From Phallusia mammillata (lineage: Eukaryota): 64,000 nucleotides of DNA. The notes beneath the pieces are model-generated. The model worked only from the letters and a program-made list of their open reading frames with translations, did not search any database and was not told where the DNA came from. Below, piece after piece: positions 12,274-24,200 of this stretch. The stretch is from NCBI GenBank assembly GCA_965637545.1, contig OZ281501.1, forward strand, positions 7,192,001 through 7,256,000, read 5' to 3'. The stretch's first letter is position 1; each line of letters starts with the position of its first letter. The position numbers and the translations under genes are program-made.

Positions 12274-15200
12274 GTGAGTTTAGACATGACATTTGATCAT
12301 CATTAATCTTAAAGGTTATCCCACTAAAATGTAAAAAAATAATACTGCTATTAGATTACATTTTAATACCGTTGTAGTGTTGAAACTAAATCTAAATTTT
12401 GCATTTGATAGAAAAGGGCAAAGAAAAGAAGCAAAAGCCCAAAGAGGAACCCATTAAGGAAATCGCCCCTAAAATTGTTAAAAAACTCAAAGATCAAAAA
12501 GTTACACTAAAAACTTCGGCTCGTCTCGAATGTCAAATCAGTGGCAAACCTACTCCACGAGTAACTTGGCTGCTTAATGGAAGTCCGATCCGTGATCGCA
12601 GCATTAGAATTGACATCTCAAGAAGTAGTGAAACTGGCAAAGTCCCCATTGTCGTGGCCAGCTTGAGCGTTCACCGGGTGAACAAACAACACACTGGTGT
12701 ATACGAGTGCCAAGCTGTCAATGCCAAAGGCTCGGTTACGACTAGTGCCACATTACAGGCAGTGGAGAAGGACACGCGATCTGTGACAGGTGCCAGTCAC
12801 CGAATGCCTCTGTCACATGGCATGTCATACCATTGACACATGATAAAAACATGTCAACAATATGGTTTGCGGGAGTCGAAAACTTTTACCACATTATGCA
12901 CCATAAAATGTCCAAAACATATTCATTTTTGTGCTTGTAATAGCCAAATCCCAAATAGATCATTTATACAGACTATTTGGAGTATAATATACATTCAATG
13001 AGTTTTTAGGCTTTTGCGGCCCAGCGAAAACAAAATGCAAACCATTATTGTGACAAGGTATAAAAGAAAGTTGTAAACAACAAAATTCACGACATACTGG
13101 ATAAACACCCAAATGTTTAACGGCATGTAAACCCATTACAACATGTCATTTTCATTTTCAGGCTGTACACAGTCAAAGTGGCATCATCTTAACAGCTATT
13201 TCTGTTTCAGGGCTTTTCGAGCAGCCATCACCGGAATCTGAACCGGAGGATATGCAACGACAAGAAGGTACGTGGCATTTTTCATCTCAAACACATCTAC
13301 GATCGTTGTACGTCATTTAAATTGCACGTAGGCACGTTTTGTTTGAAAGTAAGGCAAGGCTACCCCATCATACTGACCTAAAGCCGACGTTCAACAAAAT
13401 TTGCCTACGTGCAATCATCGTTTACGCGTCGGAACGTCTTTTCACCTTATCGCGTTTCACTTTCATTTCACTCTTCTTTCGTGCGTTGTTTCTTGCTGCG
13501 TCCAAATCTTGCGGAACTTTCTCAAACTCTTTGGTTACACAAAAAATTGCCAGAAGGACTTGCATGGCTTTTACCTGGTAAGTGGGGTATCCTTTCCTTT
13601 CTTTAACCTCAGTTTCCAACTGCTGTCTCTAAACTAGGCTAAACTTTGTTTATATTAGCATTCACTGTTTTACTTTACAATGCAATACCAAAAACCAGGC
13701 CTTGGCTGCATAGAACAACTTTACGTGACTTGAACAGGTTTTATGCGGGACGAATGCGATGCCAATAATCGTTTGCACGTTCGAAGCTCAATGACTGGCA
13801 AAGAGTTCACAATTCAGCGCTCTGAAGTCAGTCGCTTGGTTGGTAATTACATCACTCAATCCGATATCGACCCTTCCCTAAACGATACTCCGATATTGTC
13901 GAGGTAAAATACACTTAAATACAGAAATAACTTATCTGATGGTCCACCACAATTAAACGGTTTCTTTTTGCAGAACAAAACAAATCAAAGAGTTGGATGA
14001 TGATTTAATTCGTCCGTCTTTCATACAAAAGCCAAAAATCCAATCAGTCCTTTCTGAAGCCCATGCTCGATTTGATTGTCTGTTTGTTGCCTCGCCTCGC
14101 CCTAGCGTCGTCTGGCTACATTCGGATGCCGAAATCAAGGTATCTATTTCCTCCCCTGAATTTTTCGACCTTGTAATTACATGTATTTCATGTCAATGAT
14201 ATTAGACCTTGTTAATGTCAAGTAGTTATCCCATCAAATAAAGCTGTGCTTTTTCTTCAGGCAAACAGCGCAAAATACAAGACCACGCTCGAGAGGGACA
14301 TGTTTTCCTACCAAGCATTCCTCGAGATCCAGAGCTGCCAATCTAATGATGCGGGAACTTACAAAGTGGTCGTACGCAATCGGGAGGGAGAAGCAACAGC
14401 ATCTGTGCCGTTGGTTGTCACAGAGCGCAGTAACGTTGAATTACCACATACCGATACAACTTCCAGTCACAGAAAATCGGAAATGAAACTGAACCTTGAT
14501 TCAATGACACACCTTGATTCTGGTAACGAGGGTCTGTTACCAAGGACTAACGGCGCCACGCCAAGACAGCCATATTCACCAAGAAAGTATTACGAACGTC
14601 GGGCGAGAGGTGGTCGTACTAGCAGTCTTTCAGAGCCCAGCAGGACTTCCAGTAGCACTCCCTGTGGGCGTACGCACTCGCTAAGCCGGTCGAGTGAGAT
14701 GGAACAGTCGATGTCCTCGATCTCAACCTTATCGTCGCTTTCTGGCGGCAGTCCACCACAGGATAAGCTCTCAATGTTACAAAGCGACCAAGAAGCGTCA
14801 GACCAAGGCGATATTGAGAGCCCAATCACCCACAGTAGCAGGCAGAGCTGCATTAAAACTCAAATATCAAACGAAGGTTTATCAGTGGCATTATTTCGGC
14901 GAGACGACACCGATACGTCGGGAATCGAAACACTGCATTCGTCTCGGACTTCAGTAAAGCGCGATCACAGTGTTTCACCTTTGAAAAACTCTAACCGCGG
15001 CGTCCCACCTGTGGTTATATCTGAACTGCCAGAAAACGTTTCGGTAAACACTGGAGACGCAATTAGCCTGACTTGTAGTGTTTCCGGTCGACCTCGCCCC
15101 AAAGTCTTATGGATGCGTGATGCCGAAGATGTTCGTAACGCGGCCCACTACAGCTTTGAAGAGGCATTGCGCTCTACAGAGGACAAACTAACCTATGACT

Positions 15201-18200
15201 TTATGCTGTCACTGGTTGACGCACAACGAGAACACAGTGGAACTTACACACTGTCAGCTTTCAACCTGTATGGCGATGTTACCAGTCACACTCTGCTGTC
15301 GGTAGTTGATCACAGTAAGTTATATGGCTGTATTTGAGTGGTTTTGTGCAAAATGTTTGTGTTATGTACACTGTTGGTACCCGCTTGCTATTTATCATAG
15401 AATAAGGTAAAAACTCTCGAACATAAATCCGCATACAATAGACTTGCAAAGTATGGGATTTTTTATTTTAAAATGCATGGACTAAGCACCAACAGTTTAT
15501 ACACACTAAAACAAATCTAGTGTTTTTCTTGCCGTCACATGTGAGGCAATCGATACAAAAAGCGAATTTAAGGACAAAAACAATTGAAGCGACTGTAAAT
15601 GGGCCAAAACGTTGTTTGTGATTGTTTAAACAAAGTGTTCGCTTGCCAACCCTATTAAACTGCATGTTGACCGAACAAAACTACAGTGTTGGCATGAAAA
15701 CTCACGATATCAAGACATCATCACTGTTTGTCAGCATGCTGTTGTGTTTCACATCTTGTGCAAAGGTACGTATGTGTCTGCATGGATTTTATATCTATTG
15801 GTCAATCTCTAAGCTTAAGTGTTAAAATATTCATAACCTTAAATTCCAATAACGGCGCCTCGCTACATATAAATAAGTAATGACTCAAAAAATAAGAAGT
15901 GTCCTTGGTTAAATCATATTCGTAGCAATTGTATTAGTTAACGCCTTGTAGGGATTTGCGTTCTGCGGATTGCATTGGTTTTAATGCTTTATTTATGATC
16001 TAAGGCGAGGAAATGCATACAAAATGAGGATAATTGACATGTTAAGTCTAATATTTTGCTATATTTTCAGTGAGCAAAGAGGAGCCCAATTGCAATGCTT
16101 CGAATAACGATGAATACCTAGAACGTGGCTGTGAAACTCTCGAAGACCAATCAGAATCCGACCAAAATTGCGTGATTGACAGTGACATACTTGTGACGGA
16201 AGATGAAACAAATGCACAGCTTTATTCGAACAACGAATTAGAATTCGAGATGGGCAATGGAATTCGCAAAATTCTTCGAAGTAGCGAATGTACAAAGATC
16301 GATGCTGAAGAGACTCTGAATTTGTCAATCACAGAGTTAACAAACGAAACGCTGGAATTTCGAGATGATAACAAACCAGAAACGGAACTATTCATTTTGT
16401 CCGACGATGAAAAGCTAGAATGCGACAAGATTGCACAAAATTTGCAAGAAACTGGCGATGTTTACATACAAACTCGTATTGAAACGAATTCACCAGTAAA
16501 CTGTTCAGCTCGTTGCGAGGAATCAGGCCTCGATGGCAACACAACCTTCCAACATGAGCCAAAAGGCGAAATATGCAAAGCATCACGATTTACTGTTACC
16601 AAAGTTGAAAATCATATACCAAACAATCTAGAAGATTCGGTTCCAACATCAACCAACAATAAGGAAACTGAATATCTTTCTGACTCAAGTGAAATCGAAC
16701 CACCTCAAGAACTGGTTACACCAATTGAAGACACGAACATCATTATAACGGAAGAGCAAACAGAAAAACCCACAAAAAGCATTGGTTATCTTGGTAGGAT
16801 TCCGACCATAGAAGTTGAGCCTGTAGAAGATGAGTCGAATATTTCAGAGGATTTAGCAGAAAGTAGCGACAATGAAACTATTTCTGATCAATCGCCGCTT
16901 CCCTACTTTACACAAGAACTCAAGAACGTTACGGTGTTGGAAGGCAGTAATGTCGAGTTGCAATGCACAACAGCCTTCGACGATTTAAAGATAACGTGGT
17001 ACAAAAACGCCGAGCAAATTATCAACGGTCGCGACGGCTATTTCGTCGAATCCAAAGACGGACATCATCGTCTCACCATACTTGACGCAAGGTAATAAGA
17101 CACTGTAAATTGATACAAAAAGTTATATCTAGATAAAAGTAAAATAACTGAACAGAAAAAACAAATCATTGTGAAGCCAAAATTAATAGCGTACTTGCTT
17201 TTCATGTTCTATTGCAATTTATTTTTTTGCTTAATATGTTTTTTGTATTGCAGATGGTCTGAAGACGAAGGTATATTTACATGCCAAGCCGAAACGAGCA
17301 CTGATGTGATTTGTACCACCTCTGAAGTGTATGTGGAAATGACAAAAGAAAAACTGTACAAAATCTTGGACTTCCAACAGCCAACATCGACTGTAACGGA
17401 TGAAAACACCTCTCTTGATTCAACTCCTGAATTACCCCAGGAGCAGACAAATGAAAACTTGGACGACTCGATCTATCACAGCGCAGAAGAGAGTTTGGAT
17501 CATTTTGAGAACAGTGAAGACTTTATGGAGCGACATGAGCTCTCTCCCATCCTGGAAGAAGAGGAAGAATGCATATCACGCGCCTCTTCGTCCGTCAGAT
17601 TATCCACCGAGCAAATCTCGACATCTGCTCAGAACCCTTCTATAATATTCCGTAGATCATCATACGATTCTCTTGCATCCTTCGAAGCTCACGAGAAACT
17701 TGTTGCTTCCTTGCCTGCGGATGCTTTGAGAATTGAAAGCGATAAACCAAACGAGACCAATACTTGTCCCAGTGATGATTCAGATGAAGAATACCTAGAA
17801 GGTGCTTGCCCATCACGTGCATCTAGCGCTTGTAGGCCTCTTGCTTTCACCCCAGACGATATGGCGACTCGTTGTCGCGATTTTAGCGATAACGAAGGCG
17901 GATCTCGGCCGGGTTCGGTTAACAGTCGACGTAGCCTTTGGCGCAAAGGCAGCAAAAGTGACAGTTTTGACTTGGCCCGATGTCTTGAAATGGACGAGGA
18001 ATCTGATGCCACTATGACAGATAACAACTACATGAGCTGCGATGACGACGAATTGTTGTTCACTCTGGACTGTCACAGTGATGACAATATGCCACCTGTT
18101 CCTGAAAACTCCTCACCGGTCGATGATACCTTACCAGCCGAAATTGATAACTTCCCATCTACTAACAACGAAGAGCCTGTGTGTGAAACACCAGCTTGCA

Positions 18201-21200
18201 GTTACCAAGATACTGTAGAGCACATTGTAGAAACAACACCAGTAAGGACCCTTTCAATGGATGTACTTCAACCCTACACTGCAACTATTGTAAAAAATGA
18301 GCCACTAGTTGAAGAAGAAAGTAACGAACGAGATGAACTGGCCGATGAGTTTCTCGGCTACCGATATGAAAGATCACGAGCAGACTCAGTATTTGATCTA
18401 AAGTCACTGCATGAACGTGTTAAGGGCTTGGATGTGACAGAAAGTCGTAGATCAAGCGAGGGATTTGAATCAAACGAGTCCTCGGAGCCTTGTGAGGATC
18501 TTTGCGTGGATGTAAATGGAAATTTAAAGATTGTTCCAGCAATAGAGGTCAGAGAAGCGCCGGACAGTGGTGAAGAACTTATAATCCCTAGTCCGGAATC
18601 TTTGCGTTCATTTCCGCGCCGTGATATTAAATCTCCAGTCGGGAAAAGGGGTTTGACACTCGATGACGTCATCAGGATTAGTGCCCCTGCCTTTGACGCG
18701 GTGTCGAGCATCGCCGATGACTTCTATTCATGCGTGTCGTCTACTGCAACAACGCCCACTTGCGGGTTTCGCACAGACGAATGTCCTTCAGAAACTGGAT
18801 ATCAAACGCCCCCTGAAAAAGCCAATAGACCCACTGAACTAAAGTACTTTGAAACAGGGTCAGAAGACAAGGAAACAGAGTACGAGGACTGCTCTACTCC
18901 TGTCAACTCGCCTGGTCACTCTGAACAGACAACAGCCACTGCTTCGGGATTCGAAACCCCGCCGAAATTCTACTACGTTATTCCTCCAAAGTTTCTCGGC
19001 AAAAAGTCCATTCAAATTACGGTCATGCGAGGCGGCTGTGCAATAATTGCGTGTTCAGTAATCTCACATCCCGAAGCCAAGGTAGCTTGGTACAAAGATG
19101 GACGTCTTATGGATATATACAACCGGGTATCTCAGCACATTTACAATGAGCCACCCAAGGAATGGTCAGACAACTTTGGAAACCAAGGAAATTGGAGACC
19201 AGATTGGCTATGCCAGCTTGAAGACAGAGATATTGGATGTCCACAACAATTAGACGTCCACTACGTCCTAAAGATCCAGCATTTGGTGCCGCGGGATGGC
19301 GGGTTGTACATTTGTAAAGCATGGAACTCCGCTGGGGTTGCTACAAGAATTATAAGACTTAGTGTTGAATAATTAAAAAAAGCATTAATTGATATGTTTT
19401 GTCTTAAACAAACAATAAATAGTGTGTTTTAGTTTGCGGTGTTTCTACTTTCATTGTGTAAATGTGTTTTATCTTAAATACTATTGAGACATATATTATA
19501 AGATTAAAAACCTGCATGAAAATTTATTTGCATGATTTTTAGTTAGAAATTTATGCAGCGTGAAGTATGATCGAGCTACCTTCTATTTATATTTCTGGCC
19601 TCAGCAGGTGTCAGCTCGTATAGCGAGTTTACGATGGCGACAGCTCAGGAAATCTCACGACGAACCACATTTACCGATGGCGACCAGTCCAATGTTCTAT
19701 TCAGCCAAGCCGCAATGTCTATGAAACAGCGCAAACCGCGTAGCAAGCCAATTTTTCGGCAACCTCTTCGAGATGTGACCGTCCATGTTAGCGAAACTGC
19801 AGCTTTCCACGCCGAGATCACTGGTTGGCCGACGCCGTTGGTCACGTGGCTACACAACGGTCACGTGATCAAGGGCGACGAAAACTACCGCTACTTGAAG
19901 CGAGGAGACAGCCACTCTATGGTAGTTCCAACAGCTGAAATTAACGATCAAGGGGTGATCGGTTGCCAGGCAACAAACGTTCTGGGCGAAACAACAAGCA
20001 CCGCCCGTTTGACTGTGTTAGATGCCAACTATTCGGATACGTCCTATTCCGATTTACCCTCTGTTCCCTTCGATGATTCAACTATCAATGTTACCGTGTT
20101 GGACAGTCTGGAACGCTCAAGGGATAATAGTGGGAGCAAACTAAACGCAACTGGAATAAGCAACTTCTCTGATTTTGAATCAACAGCGTCGTCTCGCCAT
20201 GTTACGTTTGCCAGCGAACACACAACAGCAATGGAGCTTTCCCAAACATTTGGAACCTCAATGTCTGAATTAGCAGGAAATGAAACAACAGAACAAGATT
20301 TATCAAATGTTTCAACAACAGCCTTGCCATCGAGCCGTGATTCATCAATGGAAGTGATAAAGAAGCCGCCAAAGAAGACCAAACGCCGTGTAAAGATTGA
20401 ACGTCGGAGTTTCGGATCAATGACTGAGCAAGATGGTGTACAGCAGCATCTAAGCTGGACTGACGAAGTACGGAAGCTAATCCGAGAAGAGATGGAGATG
20501 CGAGAGGAGCTGAAACAAGAAAAGGAAATCCGAACCCGAATTGAGGAAGCCGAAACTGTTGTTCTTACACAAACCTCCCCACGATTTATGAAAACTATAA
20601 GCGATTGTGAAGTGAAAGCGGGAGAAACGGCGCATTTTGTTTACATTCTAGCGGCAAACTCTAATGCCAAAGTCACTTGGTTGCGCAACGGAGTGACGAT
20701 TTCACTTGATCGTAAAAATTCTGATACAGCGACTGACGGGAATGTTGGAATTATTTTTGATGATGATGCAGGCTGTTTAGTCATCAGTGAAAGCTCCTCG
20801 AATTACAGTGGAGTCTACTCTTGTGTGGCTTCGAATGATCAGGGCAGCACCAAGTGTAGTGCAAGACTGATTGTTCACGGCGCAAAAGAACAACGCACAC
20901 GAGATGTGGAAACATTTATTGACACTGAAAATTACTCGCAAACGCCAACTTCAAACTTAGTCGACCGTGAATCGCAAACTCAAGAGTCTCGGCTTCTTCC
21001 TGTGGAAGACCAGAAGATTCAAGAAGCTTTTAAACAGCTGGAAGACGCCGAGAAGTCGCAAAACGTGTCTGAGGTTATTATCCAGCAGTCGGTATATGAC
21101 GATGCCAACCGAGAACCGATTGCCACAAACGAGCGGCGGAAACGCAAGAAAAAGAAGCGACGTGACTTGGCTGGACCGAGCATTGGACGATTGGACGACT

Positions 21201-24200
21201 TCGAGACTGGTGAAGGTTTGCTGATTGCACAGCACGCGTGCTTGGGCACACAGCACCACCACGCAATGTAGAGGATACATGCACTGCACGAGACAGGCCA
21301 ATTAGACAGTATTAAACAAAACTTTAAAGCATCAGACAGGATTAGGCACGCGTCTAGCACTGCACGATACAGCACCCGGCACTCGTTTGTATTATTGCTT
21401 GCCACTGCGACGGGCAAACACTTAAGTGATACAGGATTATGTCGACACTGCTTTAGAAAAATGATTGCTTGTGATCACCCGCGGTTTGTTCATACCTCGC
21501 ACATTGTATTTCGTTTTCACTGTTATAATGACTTTAATATTTTCTGGATATCTGGTAACTTTTTATGTTCTATTGCAGAGGAAAAGATCCAGCCTCCCGC
21601 GTTTACCGAAAAACTTGCCGTGAACAGGGCTCAACCCGGCGACAAGGTACAAAAATCCAAAGTGCTGGTACTAACTCTTAACATACTAAACTAAACCGTG
21701 TGCAAGTCTTATTATTTCGGCTATTTTTTGAAATGTTTTAAATTAACCCATTGCAAACAATATACTAAGGTCAAGCTCTCGTGCGCTGTCAGCGGATCTA
21801 CGCCGATCCAGATCACATGGACTCGTGACGGGTCAGTCATCGATGGCGAGAATGCCCGATACACCATTGGGAAAAATGAAAACCAACCTTGTGTTGAAAT
21901 CAACGACGTGGCTTTCAGGTTTTGCAAAATTACCAAGTGTGCAACTAAAACAAACATCTACTCATTTGGATGAATGTATTCCCATGTTAAAGGGCATATT
22001 TTGTCGCTTTAGAGAAAATTTAACTGAAATGTGGATTTGAAACGTTCACATGTTTCTTCGCTATTCTTGGCAAAGTTAACATTGGGACAAAGCTGCTTTC
22101 TAACACAACAATAATTCTAACTGAAATACAATTCTGTTTGATTGCAGTGACGCTGGGGAATACACAGTGACAGCTCAGAATATCGCTGGAACCGCATCGT
22201 GCACAGCGCCTCTGGTGGTTGAAGGTCGGTGAAGCATTTGTTTTTGCTTCACGAGTTTTGTGAAAAACTGAAGTGTCATTGCCACATGTGAAATGCATGC
22301 GGCCACTGGGCCACAAACATTCCATTCACTGCGAAATAGCATGCGCCTATACGTTTTCTGATGCGGGTTGTAAAAGGTGTTTTCCAATGTGCTTTTTCAC
22401 ACACTGTTAACTGCATACACTGTGTAATAACGGCTTGTTGCACCCCATACAATAAAGTTTTATGTTTTCTAATACATGTTCGAACTGTTTAGCGTCTTGC
22501 ACTGTGTTGTTTGCAAACTCTATCACATATATCCATACATTATATATTATTTCTACTTTGCGTAAATACACAGTGTTCAAACGCATGTGAGTTTGGGTTT
22601 GTTGCTTTCGCCTTACGAACGCGGTGCTTGTAATGCCTTCCACTATTGAAATGAGCTTTTATCTTTTTCATTTACTTTTTTCTCCCTTCTCTCTTATTTC
22701 TTTACCCTTTCTTTATGCTTCTCTCTTTTTACTCTCTTGCCACTAGGCGTCGCACCTTCGTTCGTACAGCGTCCCGAAGGTGGGATAAGAGAAGGCGGTC
22801 AGGGCTTTTTGCTTACTGCAGTGATTGATGGAAACCCAGAGCCTGATGTGTACTGGAATCACAATGTAAGTTTTGCATAGGGCAGTCGCATAATTCGAAG
22901 CCAAGGTCTAAATTACATTACACAAAGGCAACCTATCAGCTGTTGGTCAAAACATAAGTTTCTTAACGTTTTTCCGTACGTGGCTACAGAAAACATTGGT
23001 ACACATCCCTATTTTTAAATTTCCACTATGTAGCCCAATGAAAAACCCCGACGTTACTCACTAGTTAAGGAATATTGTTTTAAACCAATAAATTGTCTGT
23101 TTCTTTAGTTCTGCTTAGTTTAGACCATTTAAACCTAAAAGGCTGACTTGAAAGTACCATACAAACCCGAGATTCTGAGTTTTATATCCTTATGGTTTGC
23201 CATTAATTTCGTAACGTATCGATATCCCCCCATAACTTGAATATAACAAGCATGTGCCGTTATGCAATATCACACCCGGCACATTACGCCGTAACCCGAT
23301 GGTGAGAATTGCGTAACAAGCAACATTTGCATCAATAATACTTGTCATCGCCAGCGGAGGTGTTGACGATCCCGCAACTCATGTCTCATGACCTAGATCT
23401 CGAAAAACTTACACCTCTGTTTGGCTATATAACCGTCTCACCGCCGTCTTACTTCATTCATTCAGGGGCAGCCTTTGGTAGAGGACGACCGTCGAACTAT
23501 TGTTCATGAGGAGAAGGGCCAGTTTGGCTTGGAGATTCTTGGCTTGACTATGGCTGATACTGGGGAATATGAGTGTGTGGCTGAAAACGAGGCAGGGGAA
23601 GCGAGATGCAAAGTTTCAATTGACGTTGAAGGTACAGCAGAGGCAAACGTCAACGCTTGGTCATGTTGCGGCAACGTATAGATTGGGATAGAGTTCGATA
23701 AAAAGTACTAGGAAAGAGGGCTCAAACGGCTAGTAAAGAGGGCTCAAACGACGCAATGTAACTGATTTTAATTTGCCTAAGTCTGATTCAAGTCTGTGTT
23801 TACATGGAAGTTTAGATGTGTATCCTGTGTAACGCTTACATTTTTTTCTTAAGAACAGATAGAAGGTTTAGGGTTTACATAGTAGTGAAGGAATAGTTAG
23901 ACCAATTGTCTCTTAGTTAACTATAGTGAGTTAGTGATAACTTTAAAAATAGCTAGCATAAGCGCCAGTTGGTAAGTATTTATTGATTTGTATAAAAACA
24001 ACGACAGAAGCTTCCCTTGTTGACGTTTTGCGGCAAACTGCGACGATGGATTCACAGACATCCAGTGACATGACCATGACACCAGCACGGTTCGTCACAG
24101 AGCCAAAAAGCGAAACAGCGGCAACAGGTAAGATTTCACAAACTGCTGAAACAAATCATTCAATAGTCCGCGAAGTGTATTAAATGCTAGTTAACGACAA

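Noticed and set aside
13162-13180. Extra acceptor (ttttcattttcag) upstream of exon 13211
   Set aside because: There is no convincing donor or in-frame product; it may be a cryptic site.
13738-13903. Faint SH3-like motif (RLHVRSSMTGKEFTI)
   Set aside because: It lacks the ALYDY, WW and GxxPxNY signatures and is too short to support a domain call.
22900-23440. Enlarged intron possibly holding a mobile element
   Set aside because: I could find no terminal inverted repeats, target-site duplication, poly(A) tail or ORF by eye; a repeat library search is needed.
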